Positions 41,245 to 50,889 of a stretch of DNA of 64,000 nt are shown piece by piece. Source of the stretch: a bacterium (GTDB lineage Bacteria > Myxococcota_A > UBA9160 > SZUA-336); assembly GCA_024226335.1 (NCBI GenBank), contig JAAELY010000266.1, forward strand, positions 9,515-73,514. The letters run 5' to 3'. The translations under genes and the position numbers were made by a program. Within the stretch, counting starts at the first letter, position 1, and each line of letters starts with the position of its first letter. The notes under the pieces were generated by a model that made no database searches, was not told where the DNA came from, and saw only the letters and a list, made by a program, of their open reading frames with translations.

Positions 41245-42308
41245 TTCGATGGACTCTGTGGCGAAACTTGTGCGGGCATGGGTTCTTGTCCCTCCAGATA
41301 GGGGTTCGAAAGGATGGCGTAATTCGCATCACGGCCGAAGCGGCGGAGCAGGGCGCTGAGGCCGGCTCTGGGAATTCGCATCGCGGTTCGCCAGTAGAGT
41401 TTCAGGAAGAGTCTGCGCTCCAGCATCGTCTCGGTCGACTGATTCGTACCGAAAACCCGCGCCTTGAGAAGCAGCGCGGCGTTCGAAGCGATGTGCAGGG
41501 CCTCGACGAGTGTCGCGTAGAAACGGCCGTGGTGTCTGATGAAGTAGTGGACACGGCTATTTCGCTCGACGGTCATGTACTTGATCTTTGAATCGGGATT
41601 GGGATTGGACTGTGGATCGCTCTGGCCCACCAGATGTGTGATTTCCGTGTCGGGCGTGTACCAGATTTCATGCCCCGCATCCTGGATGCGATGGCACCAG
41701 TCTACTTCGTCATAGGTCAGGAAGAAGTACGGGTCGATTCCGCCCACTGAGTCGAGCAGTTCCCGGCGAATCATCAACGAGGCGCCGCAGACCCAGTCTA
41801 CCGGTCGAGCGTCATCTCCCTCCCAGTACGACATGTGAAACCTGCCGAATCTCGGGCTCCGGGGAAACCGATCTTCCAGTCCGAGGAAGTGATAGAGATA
41901 GGTCGTCAGCGTTGGATATGATCTCGCGGAAATCTGCCGGTCGCCGTTTGTTTCGACCAGTTTGCATCCGACGGCCCCGGCGCTCGTCTCGCGATCCAAT
42001 AGTTCGATCATGGTTCTGAACGATTCGGGTCGGACGATCGTATCGGGATTCAGGAGCAGGATGTAGCGACCGTGCGCGATGGCCAGCGCGCGGTTGTTCG
42101 CTTCGGCGAAGCCGATGTTGTCTCCGTTTTCCAGGATCTGGATCTCCGGAAACTTCTCGCGGGTCCACTGGAGGGAGCCATCGCTACTCCCGTTGTCGCT
42201 CAGGATCACCTCGACATCGAGCCCTTCCAGGGCCGGAGGCAGCGATTGGAGGCAACCGCGCAGCACACGGTCGTTATTGAAGTTCACGATGATGACGGAA
42301 AGTTGCAC
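41241..42308 (-). CDS. Family 2 glycosyltransferase
   Basis: LSVIIVNFNN...DNGSSDGS, the GT2 DXD region. 4-nt overlap with the rmlC start. Confidence 0.8.
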   Translation of the reverse strand: MQLSVIIVNFNNDRVLRGCLQSLPPALEGLDVEVILSDNGSSDGSLQWTREKFPEIQILENGDNIGFAEANNRALAIAHGRYILLLNPDTIVRPESFRTMIELLDRETSAGAVGCKLVETNGDRQISARSYPTLTTYLYHFLGLEDRFPRSPRFGRFHMSYWEGDDARPVDWVCGASLMIRRELLDSVGGIDPYFFLTYDEVDWCHRIQDAGHEIWYTPDTEITHLVGQSDPQSNPNPDSKIKYMTVERNSRVHYFIRHHGRFYATLVEALHIASNAALLLKARVFGTNQSTETMLERRLFLKLYWRTAMRIPRAGLSALLRRFGRDANYAILSNPYLEGQEPMPAQVSPQSPSK

Positions 42309-42348
42309 GATCTGGTCCGGGACGATCAGTTATCGAAGAGAATGCCGG

Positions 42349-43371
42349 TCAGAAAGGACCGCCACCCATCGCCTTCAGTCGAAGTTCCATTTCCGACAAT
42401 AGTTCGAGCCAACGGATGTTGTAGTAGATCGGGCGGTCGACATCGACGCCCTGCTCGAGTTCGTCCCACATTTCGGCGGCCGAGGATACGATTTCATCAT
42501 CGCCGTTGATATCGACCACCTTGTGAAACTTGTTGCCGTCGACGCGATAGGTTCGCGAGGTTCCAACCTGTTGAACATCGAGATCCAGACGAATGCCCTT
42601 CTGGTGCTCGAGTGCTCGTCGAACTTCGTGTGCGAGCTTGATGACCTGGTAGTTTCCCGACAGGGCGTTGAAGATCTGACCGGCTACCTGCTCCACGGGC
42701 GCGTTCAAGACGCCGATGTAGGCTTTGACCGCCTGGTTGATACCCAGCATCGGCCGCCACATCCGCCCACCGGCGTGCAATGTCAAGCGTCGTTTTGCAA
42801 AGGCGTCGCGCACAAAAGTGTTGATCACGAGGTCGTACCGCATCCGAGGAGACTGGCCGTAGATCGTGCCTTTGCGCAGGGCCGTCACGGCGAAGCTCTC
42901 GTCGGCCATTTCCATCAGACCGATTTCGGCCTGGCGCTTCGACCAGGAGTAGGGCGCCTCGGGATGCACCTCGTGTTCTTCATCGAGCAGTTCGTCGCCG
43001 GGTGTCATCGAGTAGTAGATCGAGCAAGACGAAGCGAATACGAAGCGGCCGACGCCCGCTTCTTTTGCCAGACGACCCAGGCGAACGGTCGCATCCAGGT
43101 TCATGGACTTATTGGCTTCGGGGTTGTATTCGGCCGTGGGATCATTGGAAAGCCCGGCGAGGTGGACGATTCCATCCACGCCGCGTAGATGCTCTACCTC
43201 GACCTCTCGCACGTCCATGGGGATCATCTCGATGCGGTCGATGACCTCGGACAGCCCTTCGTCTCCGAAGAGCAGTTTGTCGATGACGCGCACCTCGTGC
43301 CCAGCATCGAGCAGAGCCGGTACGAGTCGGCAGCCGATGTATCCGGCGCCGCCAGTGACGAGTACTTTCAT
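42349..43371 (-). CDS. NAD-dependent epimerase/dehydratase (SDR-extended family)
   Basis: MKVLVTGGAGYIGCRLV Rossmann motif and a YSWSK catalytic motif. GGAAGG Shine-Dalgarno before the ATG at 43371. An alternative upstream start is possible. Confidence 0.75.
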   Translation of the reverse strand: MKVLVTGGAGYIGCRLVPALLDAGHEVRVIDKLLFGDEGLSEVIDRIEMIPMDVREVEVEHLRGVDGIVHLAGLSNDPTAEYNPEANKSMNLDATVRLGRLAKEAGVGRFVFASSCSIYYSMTPGDELLDEEHEVHPEAPYSWSKRQAEIGLMEMADESFAVTALRKGTIYGQSPRMRYDLVINTFVRDAFAKRRLTLHAGGRMWRPMLGINQAVKAYIGVLNAPVEQVAGQIFNALSGNYQVIKLAHEVRRALEHQKGIRLDLDVQQVGTSRTYRVDGNKFHKVVDINGDDEIVSSAAEMWDELEQGVDVDRPIYYNIRWLELLSEMELRLKAMGGGPF

Positions 43372-43786
43372 GCCCACCTTCCGCTGCTTACCCATTGCTT
43401 TATCAGACGACCGGTCCGCAACCCAGTCCGCTTCCCAACCCACCAGGACAGAAACCGCGCGGAGGGCTCCATCCCATTATCGGGAGGGTCCGAAGGCGCC
43501 TTTACCCAGCCCGCAAAAGCGTTTTTCCGGCTGACCTGCACACCTCGCGCTTGCCACGGACCGTCTCTTTCCCTCGTATGCGCCATCAGATGACGCGTCC
43601 GACCATAGACCGTAGCACGGCTCTCGGTGCTGCGAATCGGGTCGTACCAAGGGAGACCCTTTCATCCGCCTGGAGAAGCCTGCAGCACAGTCGCGCTTTG
43701 GTCTGATCACCACTGGCGGCTATTCGATTGACGGAGTTCAGGAGCCGTTCAATCCCGCCCCGAGCTTCGATGATACCTCCGTCGGA

Positions 43787-44131
43787 GTGCGCGCAATTCC
43801 CATCGACGTGGATCACAGCAAGCTTCGCATCGACCATGTGGCGTACGACCACCGGTTCGCGGAGGAAGACATCAACGTCAACCTGCCTCTCGATCGACTC
43901 GCCGAGCTGGAAAAGGCCGGGGAATTCGGATCCCTGGCGCGAAACACGTATGTCACCATGGGGCTGCAACCGAACACCGAGCCGCTACTCGGCCAGTTGA
44001 TTCGAAAGCTCAATATTGGCGCTACCGTGGGTCGGCCGGGAGACATCGAGGGACAGCTCGATACACTGCGGCGCATGATCGCATTGATCGACGACGCTGA
44101 AGCACATGGAAGCGTTGCTCGAGACGTCTGA
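43787..44131 (+). CDS. Hypothetical protein / possible 5'-truncated gene remnant
   Basis: First ATG is at 43787, but the same frame is open and protein-like from 43616 with no ATG, GTG or TTG start codon. This suggests a pseudogene or a non-canonical start. Confidence 0.25.
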   Translation: MRAIPIDVDHSKLRIDHVAYDHRFAEEDINVNLPLDRLAELEKAGEFGSLARNTYVTMGLQPNTEPLLGQLIRKLNIGATVGRPGDIEGQLDTLRRMIALIDDAEAHGSVARDV

Positions 44132-44202
44132 AAACTCGTTTCCATGACGCTCCGCTCTCGATCGCAGCGAGGTTCGGTCCGTGTCACTGAACCCGGTTGG
44201 AG

Positions 44203-44979
44203 CTACTCCGCCAGCGGGTTCACGATGCGGCGCTGGGCCGCTCCCTCGAGGTGGGAACGCAGGAACTCGAAGCTCCAGTCGATTTCCTCCTGGGGTATTT
44301 CCGGATGGAGGCCCGGATTCGCGTGCAGGCGTTTGTCTTCGGCGGGAAGCGCATCGAAGACTTCGAAGTAGCCCGAACGTTCGAAGAGTTCGTCTTCGAG
44401 TTGCATCAGATAGAGCAGCGGGCAATGGATCTGCGCAGCATCACCCAGCAGTCGTTCTGCAAGACCTTCTGTGGGCCCACGGGTTCCGAGTAGCCCCAGT
44501 ACCGCCACGACGACGTCCGAACGCGACGCGATCAGTGGAATCCCGAAGATCGAGCCCATCGAAAGTCCGAAGTAGGCGAGCGGGCTCTGGCCTACGGCTT
44601 CGAGCGCCTGGGTCGTCGAGATCGCCAGTTGCCAGTCTTCGACCATATCGTCGATGGCGGTTGGACGCATCATCTCGGGCATGAGTGCTTCGCGACCCCC
44701 GGGGCCGACCTGACGCAATCCGTGGACAGGTCCGTCCATCGAAAGGACCGGATATCCCGCAGTGCTGAACCGGCTCGCCAGGTGCGGGATAGGAATCTGA
44801 TACCGATCTCCTGACGCGCCGTGACCCAGGACAATCATGGGCTGCCCTGAAGTTCCGTTCCGAGGCAACCAGACTGCACCGGTCACGGGGCGGCATTCGC
44901 TGCGCTCGATCACGAACTCTCGCGTCGCTTCGTCTCGTGGATCGCTCGCGTTACTCCAGGTCGTCTTTGTGTCTGCCAT
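44203..44979 (-). CDS. Alpha/beta hydrolase (dienelactone-hydrolase-like)
   Basis: GLSMGS nucleophile elbow (G-x-S-x-G) and an overall alpha/beta-hydrolase pattern. Confidence 0.65.
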   Translation of the reverse strand: MADTKTTWSNASDPRDEATREFVIERSECRPVTGAVWLPRNGTSGQPMIVLGHGASGDRYQIPIPHLASRFSTAGYPVLSMDGPVHGLRQVGPGGREALMPEMMRPTAIDDMVEDWQLAISTTQALEAVGQSPLAYFGLSMGSIFGIPLIASRSDVVVAVLGLLGTRGPTEGLAERLLGDAAQIHCPLLYLMQLEDELFERSGYFEVFDALPAEDKRLHANPGLHPEIPQEEIDWSFEFLRSHLEGAAQRRIVNPLAE

Positions 44980-45024
44980 AGCGGGAGTGTACCGCAGTCA
45001 GACGAAAGCCAGTTTCCCAGGGCG

Positions 45025-46335
45025 TCAGACGGAGCGTACCAGCGCAGCGACTCCGTGTTCGAGTGGAGAGTGGTTACCGGAAGGCGTGCTGGAAGGAGGC
45101 GTGGACTGCAATCCGTTTCGTCGTTCGCTCGGGATGGCCTCTTTGTAACGCGATCGCCACTCGTGCGCGTCCTGATCGATCGTCTTGACTGCGCCGATCC
45201 CCGCGCGCAACTCGGCGATGCGTTCGGGCTGGCTGATCAGTTGACGCAGCCAGTATTCGAGTTCGTTAGGGTCGCGAGGATCGAACAGGAGTCCGTTCTT
45301 TTCGTGGCTCACGATTTCCGGAATGCCGCCCACGCGCGAGGCGAGTACGGGTACACCGGCACTCAGCGCCTCGCGGGCGACGACCGGATAGTTCTCGCTC
45401 AACGAAGGAAGCACGAGTACGTCGATTCCTGAGAGGATTTGCGGAAGATCTGCGGCCTCGTAGGGCCCCGAGATGTTCATTCGCGGGTCGCGTTCGATCT
45501 CGCTCATCAAATCCGGTCCGGCACTGCCAGATCCGTGAATCTGGAGACGCGCGCGCCCCTCAACGCGGCCGAAAGAACGCGCCATGTGTTCCGCGTTCTT
45601 CAGGCGGCTGAAAGTTCCAAGAAATCCGAACACGACCTCTTCGCGTTTCTGCCGCGGCGCGTGGACCGGAGTCACACCCAGTGGCGTGGTCTTGATGTGT
45701 CCAGCCGGAAAGCCGGCTCCTTCCAGAATTCCGATCAGATAGCGGGACGGCGCCGTCACCAGATCGCATGCGTCGAACGCAGCGCGCGCCGCGTCCCGTC
45801 GCCGAGCGAAGGCTTCCACGAGGGCCGGGGCAACCTCTCCTGAGCCCGAGAATACGCATCTGGCGCACCGTTCAGGTGTGTCTGGGCCCGTCTCGCATGA
45901 CTCGGATCGTTCCGGAATGAACATATGTGTGCGTCCGCAGGCGAACCACGCGTCGTGCAGGGTCAGATGGACGGGGAGTTTCGCCTGTTTTGCGACCCCG
46001 AACAGGGAGAACGGCAGTGCGATCCAGGTGTGATGAAAGTGGATCAAGTTGCAGTCGGATTTGCTGATGGCTTGTCGAAACAGTGCCTCGATGGACTCAT
46101 TGCGCACCGTCAGTCCGAAGTCATGGTTTACCGGAGTCTCGAGACGGTAGACCTTCAGGCCGAATTCCTTGCGATGAATCAGGCGCGGTTCCCGTCCCGC
46201 GGCGGCGGCGGCGGAATAGAAGATGCTCACGTCGACCCCGGCGTCCTGAAGAGCATGGGCCATGTCGTGGACGTAGACTTCGACTCCCCCTCGCCAGTCC
46301 GACACAAAACTGTGAGACACCAGCATGACACGCAT
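45025..46335 (-). CDS. Family 1/4 glycosyltransferase
   Basis: N-terminal MRVMLVSHSF...GGVEVYV and a C-terminal EX7E-like region (PSLSENYPVVAREALSAGVPVLAS). Start at MRVML. Confidence 0.8.
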   Translation of the reverse strand: MRVMLVSHSFVSDWRGGVEVYVHDMAHALQDAGVDVSIFYSAAAAAGREPRLIHRKEFGLKVYRLETPVNHDFGLTVRNESIEALFRQAISKSDCNLIHFHHTWIALPFSLFGVAKQAKLPVHLTLHDAWFACGRTHMFIPERSESCETGPDTPERCARCVFSGSGEVAPALVEAFARRRDAARAAFDACDLVTAPSRYLIGILEGAGFPAGHIKTTPLGVTPVHAPRQKREEVVFGFLGTFSRLKNAEHMARSFGRVEGRARLQIHGSGSAGPDLMSEIERDPRMNISGPYEAADLPQILSGIDVLVLPSLSENYPVVAREALSAGVPVLASRVGGIPEIVSHEKNGLLFDPRDPNELEYWLRQLISQPERIAELRAGIGAVKTIDQDAHEWRSRYKEAIPSERRNGLQSTPPSSTPSGNHSPLEHGVAALVRSV

Positions 46336-46714
46336 CGTCGGAGGCCGCTCCGTCGGAATTCTGTCGGATTCAGTCGGGAAGGTCACACCAGTCCGCATTC
46401 ATTTCCGTGAAGTTCGTGCAGTGTCGGGAAGTACTTTCTCCGAGACTGGCGCGAACCAAATATGCGGCTCTTATCGGCAGCTGGATCTTCACCGGTAGGA
46501 AAATCGACTCCTAAACGAGGGTCCTATCACGGGATCGGGAATACCTCTTCGTCAACTTCCATCCGGTCAACGGCGCTCTTCCCGGGCCGTCCGTTGTCAC
46601 CGGCGTTCGTTGGGGAAGGCTGCTCGTGTGCCGCAAGAAAGGGCGAGTCGCTCTGTTGGCGGATCTCAAGTGAAGACCGAGTACTCGCCGATCTTTTTGG
46701 TGGAGGGACTTGGT

Positions 46715-47578
46715 TTGAAGCTGATAGGCGGACTCATAGTCGTCTTCGGATGTGTCCTGGGAGGGTTCGTTCTCCACCACGGAAACTTGATGCAGCTCTT
46801 CGTTCCGACGGAGTATCTGATCATTCTCGGTTGCCTCGTCGGTGGAATGATCGTCAAGAACCCCGGAACCGTCATGATCGCTCTGGTCAAGGATATCCTG
46901 GGTCTGATCAAAGGGGGCGGCCCTGGCAAGAAGGAGTACCTCGAAGTCCTGAAGATGATCTACGAACTCATGCAGCTCGCGCGCAAAGAAGGTGTGCTGG
47001 CGCTAGAGAGTCATGTAAACGATCCTGGGACATCTTCTGTCTTCTCCAACTACCCCACCTTCACCAACGACCATCACGCCGTCCACTTCCTGTGTGACAC
47101 ACTCAAACTCTTCGTGGCGGGTGTGCTGGAACCGCACAATATGGACGAGCTGATGGAGCGCGATCTCGATGTGCTTCATCACGAAGAGATGCAGACGGCG
47201 AACGCCATGACCAATGCGGCCGACAGCCTTCCCGCCATCGGAATCGTCGCCGCAGTTCTCGGCATCATCCTGACCATGAGCGCGATCGACCAGGGAGCGG
47301 CCGCAGTCGGAATGAAGGTCGCCGGTGCGCTCGTCGGTACCTTCCTGGGTGTATTTATCGCCTACGGTATGGCCGGTCCCATAGCGGGTTCGATCGAGGC
47401 GAAGATCGACGCGAAGGGGCGCTACATGCAGTGCATTCGGCACGTGCTGGCGGCATCCATCAATGGCGTCAACCCTCCGATGGCCGTCGAGATCGGCCGT
47501 CGCACCATCTTCATGCATGACCGCCCCACCTTCGAAGAACTCGAAGAAGCATTGCGTGAGATGAAGGGCGGGGGTTGA
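46715..47578 (+). CDS. motA: Flagellar motor stator protein MotA/PomA
   Basis: MotA/TolQ/ExbB-family pattern aligning from the TTG at 46715 (MKLIGGLIVVFGCVLGG...) with GGAGGG 7 nt upstream. C-terminal plug and TM3-4 region (AIGIVAAVLGIILTM). Confidence 0.75.
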   Translation: MKLIGGLIVVFGCVLGGFVLHHGNLMQLFVPTEYLIILGCLVGGMIVKNPGTVMIALVKDILGLIKGGGPGKKEYLEVLKMIYELMQLARKEGVLALESHVNDPGTSSVFSNYPTFTNDHHAVHFLCDTLKLFVAGVLEPHNMDELMERDLDVLHHEEMQTANAMTNAADSLPAIGIVAAVLGIILTMSAIDQGAAAVGMKVAGALVGTFLGVFIAYGMAGPIAGSIEAKIDAKGRYMQCIRHVLAASINGVNPPMAVEIGRRTIFMHDRPTFEELEEALREMKGGG

Positions 47579-48453
47579 TGAGCGAAGATGCGGCGGGCGC
47601 CGGACACGCCCAGGCTCCGATCATCATCAAGAAGAAGGTCTCGGGACACGGAGGGCACCACGGTGGCGCCTGGAAGGTCGCCTACGCCGATATGGTCACG
47701 GCCCTCATGGCGCTGTTCATCGTGCTCTGGATTCTCGGGCAGTCCGACGAGGTCAAGCAACAGGTCGCTTCCTATTTTCGCGATCCGTCGGCCTTTGATC
47801 CCGGTGCGAAGATGAGTATCCACGACTCTTCGGGCAGTAGTAACGAGTTTCCGATCCTGGACGACATCCCCGTGCCCTCGATGGCACACGGGTCAGAAGG
47901 CGATGGTGGCGATGATAGAGCTCGTGAGCAGGCGGAATCGATTCGCACAGCCCTTTCCCAGGTGAAGGATCTCGACAAGTACAAACAGCAGATCGAGTTC
48001 TCGGTCACGCCCGAAGGGCTGCGCATCAACCTGCTCGAATCACCCGAGTCCCCCCTGTTCAAGCTCGGAGGGACGTCCCTGAATTCCGAAGTGATGGATC
48101 TGGTTCGAACTCTGGGCGAAGCGATTCAGAACTCCGGAAACTCGATCGTGATCGAGGGCCATACCGATACCACGCCTTTTGCGGCCGGTTCAGATCGAAC
48201 TAACTGGGAACTATCGACCGGTCGCGCTCATACGGCCCGCCGAGAGTTCGAAAAGGCCGGAGTGCCCATGGACCGGATGCTCGAGGTTCGAGGCTTTTCC
48301 GATCGCCAGCTCTACAATCCGCTCGACTCGCAAGACAGTCGCAATCGCCGTATCTCAATCACGCTACTGTCGGGCAAAGCTCTCGCTTCGCGAGAAGATC
48401 AACCCGCCGAGGCCGTGATTCCCTGGTTGGAAAGTCGCCAGCAGGACCACTGA
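47578..48453 (+). CDS. motB: Flagellar motor protein MotB (OmpA-like C-terminus)
   Basis: N-terminal WKVAYADMVTALMALFIVLW TM and plug region. C-terminal OmpA-like peptidoglycan-binding domain (IEGHTDTTP ... NRRISITLL). The start overlaps the motA stop. Confidence 0.75.
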   Translation: MSEDAAGAGHAQAPIIIKKKVSGHGGHHGGAWKVAYADMVTALMALFIVLWILGQSDEVKQQVASYFRDPSAFDPGAKMSIHDSSGSSNEFPILDDIPVPSMAHGSEGDGGDDRAREQAESIRTALSQVKDLDKYKQQIEFSVTPEGLRINLLESPESPLFKLGGTSLNSEVMDLVRTLGEAIQNSGNSIVIEGHTDTTPFAAGSDRTNWELSTGRAHTARREFEKAGVPMDRMLEVRGFSDRQLYNPLDSQDSRNRRISITLLSGKALASREDQPAEAVIPWLESRQQDH

Positions 48454-48514
48454 GTTCCCGGAATTTCATGGCGTCCGCGATCCCTTTCCGCTTGAATGGC
48501 TTGTCTTCCCAGGT

Positions 48515-48955
48515 GTGGAAGTGGAGGCGCGTGAAGTGAAGTCCGTACTCATCACGCTTGGAGCGCTGTTCATCGCCTTCGGCGCTACGACCTGGTGGGC
48601 GCTGGAATCCGGCGGCGTAGCCGTAGTTGAGACTCGTTCTCCTGAAGGCGTCGTCCGCTCCACTCACGTCTGGTACACCGAGCCAGACGGTGTATTGTGG
48701 CTTGAAGCCGGAACTGTGGACAATCCTTGGTTCACAGACGTCCAGGAGCATCCCGAGCTCGTCTTCCGCGCCGGTGGACTTTCCGGGCGCTATGTCGCGC
48801 AGAGGGTCGACGCCCCGTCCGGCCACGACAAGATCCGCTCGCTGATTCGCCAGAAATACGGTCTCCGGGATCGTTGGGTCGGTTTGCTGGTCGATACCTC
48901 GGGTTCTGTTGCCGTACAACTCGTCCCGATTGTCGACAGCAGGACAGATGAATAG
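48515..48955 (+). CDS. Hypothetical membrane-anchored protein
   Basis: N-terminal TM helix (VLITLGALFIAFGATTWWAL) followed by a soluble domain of about 110 aa with no motif recognised. Confidence 0.35.
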   Translation: MEVEAREVKSVLITLGALFIAFGATTWWALESGGVAVVETRSPEGVVRSTHVWYTEPDGVLWLEAGTVDNPWFTDVQEHPELVFRAGGLSGRYVAQRVDAPSGHDKIRSLIRQKYGLRDRWVGLLVDTSGSVAVQLVPIVDSRTDE

Positions 48956-49075
48956 GGTAGAATAGCTGGAATTCCGGTGTTTCTGCGGCCTATCCGCGGG
49001 GCGCGAAGCGGATGGCCTACTGCTCGTTTAGTCTTGGTGTTGATTCGTTGTTGAATTACGAAAGGATTTCAACCT

Positions 49076-49609
49076 ATGTCGTTCAAGAAGCCCGTGCCCC
49101 GTCAAGGCAGCCGGGGCACTCCGGCGAGCCGGCGGATGCAACGGAACATGGCCGGACACATCCTGGGGCTCAGCAAGGATCTGAGTGTTTCCGGAAGTGC
49201 AGAGCTCACGGGACTGACCAACAACGACATCAAGAATCTGCGCGCCGGGAATATGCCCAGCTTCAGCATGCTGCAGCGTTTCGTGAAGAAGATGCGCTGG
49301 ACGCCGGAATCGATATTCGCGACCGGCAAGCTGAAAAAGCTCCCTGCCGGTACCCGCACACACGGTGCAGATACTCAGAAGATCCGTCGCCGAATCCAGG
49401 CGGTCTGTCGAGACAACGACGCACAGCGTCTCGCCTCCGCGACCCGCATTCCCATTAGCAACATCTATCAGACGCGTACTCGCAACGCGAAGATCGGCCT
49501 GCACACTTTTCTGTCGATCGCTTCCGCCGGGTTCTCCCCGCGCTCGCTCCTGCTCGGCACGCCAAAGCTCGATACCCGTCTGGCGGGACAACCGGCGCGA
49601 CACAAATAG
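49076..49609 (+). CDS. Hypothetical basic protein with two XRE-like helix-turn-helix segments
   Basis: Two similar segments (AELTGLTNNDIKNLRAGN and LASATRIPISNIYQTRTRN) that resemble Cro/C1-type HTHs. Strongly basic. Confidence 0.35.
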   Translation: MSFKKPVPRQGSRGTPASRRMQRNMAGHILGLSKDLSVSGSAELTGLTNNDIKNLRAGNMPSFSMLQRFVKKMRWTPESIFATGKLKKLPAGTRTHGADTQKIRRRIQAVCRDNDAQRLASATRIPISNIYQTRTRNAKIGLHTFLSIASAGFSPRSLLLGTPKLDTRLAGQPARHK

Positions 49610-49627
49610 CGGCCTCTTGCCGGCTGT

Positions 49628-50860
49628 CTAGCGGCGCGACACCCGATAGATCGCACCGGCGTAGTCGTCGGAGATGTAGAACGAGCCATCCGGGCCTTCG
49701 ATCACATCGGCGGGGCGTCCGATCACGTCTTCGTCTTTCTCAAAACCCACCAGGAAATCCCGTTGCTCGATCTTTCCGTCTGCATCCCAGTGCAGTGAGA
49801 CGACCTTGTAGCCGTCCTTCTTCGTGCGGTTCCACGAGCCGTGCAGTGCGACCAGCGCAGCATTCTGGTATTCGCCCGTGCCGCGAATGAAGGAGATGCC
49901 CAGGGGTGCATTGTGAGCGCGAAACGGAAAGGCCGGTGAAATCGAGGCGTCGATTCGCGCCTGATTGTCCGATCCAAAGTCTGGATCGGGAATCTTGTCG
50001 CCATTCGCGAAGGGCCAGCCATAGTGGCCCCCGCGCTTGACTTCGTTCAACTCACAGGGTGGGAAGTCATCGCCGAGCAGATCGCGCCCGTTGTCGGTCG
50101 CGAACATGCGTCCGGTACCGGGCTGCCAGTCGAAGTCAACCGCGTTGCGAAGTCCCGAAGCGTAGATCTGCTCATTGCTGCCGTCGGGTTCGTAGCGCAG
50201 GATCGCGGCGCGGCGCGGATCGGCTTCTTCACAGACGTTGCAGCTCGATCCCACGGATACATACAGGCCTCCGTCGGGTCCAAAGCCGAGGCCGCGTGTC
50301 CAGTGGTTGCCTGCGCCGGGAATTCCGGTGATGAAACGATCCAGTTCACCTCGTGTTTCAGCGGCTGCCACGTCGAAGCGGATCTTTCCGATGGCATCGC
50401 TCTCGGCCACGTACAGCCATCCGTCCCTCAGTGCGAGACCGTTGGGGCCATTGAGGCCCGACATCAGGATCGCGACTCCATCGGAGCGGCCGTCGCCGTC
50501 GCGATCGGGGGCGATCGAAGCGACCTTGCCCTCGCGCGCCTGCGCGGCGATCAGATCGCCGCTGGGGGTGAATAGGAGTTCGCGCACATTGGGGAGGCCT
50601 TCGGCGAAAACCTTCACGGTATAACCCGCGGGTGCCCGCATGCGTTCGTTCACCGTCGCAGCTTCCGGAGCGTCGACTCCGCCCCAAAGGAATATCTGAA
50701 GCACCGGAGCGTTGATCGTCGGGAGCAACGAGCAGGCTCCGATAGCCAGGCAGGTGAGGAGAACCGAGGCGATGCCGAGACGCTTCAATACTTGAACTCC
50801 TGAGCGGGTACGTACGGAGGCCGAAGTCGAGAACCTACGCGATCGGAACAGAGTCCGCAT
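49628..50860 (-). CDS. PQQ-dependent sugar dehydrogenase (soluble aldose/sorbosone dehydrogenase family)
   Basis: GSDH-family beta-propeller pattern (DGWLYVAESD, GGLYVSVGSSCNVCEE, GGHYGWP). Lipoprotein-like signal (LLTCLAIGAC). Start taken at MRTLF. Confidence 0.75.
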   Translation of the reverse strand: MRTLFRSRRFSTSASVRTRSGVQVLKRLGIASVLLTCLAIGACSLLPTINAPVLQIFLWGGVDAPEAATVNERMRAPAGYTVKVFAEGLPNVRELLFTPSGDLIAAQAREGKVASIAPDRDGDGRSDGVAILMSGLNGPNGLALRDGWLYVAESDAIGKIRFDVAAAETRGELDRFITGIPGAGNHWTRGLGFGPDGGLYVSVGSSCNVCEEADPRRAAILRYEPDGSNEQIYASGLRNAVDFDWQPGTGRMFATDNGRDLLGDDFPPCELNEVKRGGHYGWPFANGDKIPDPDFGSDNQARIDASISPAFPFRAHNAPLGISFIRGTGEYQNAALVALHGSWNRTKKDGYKVVSLHWDADGKIEQRDFLVGFEKDEDVIGRPADVIEGPDGSFYISDDYAGAIYRVSRR

Positions 50861-50889
50861 TCTGCGCCCCATCCGGCTACCATGCGGAT

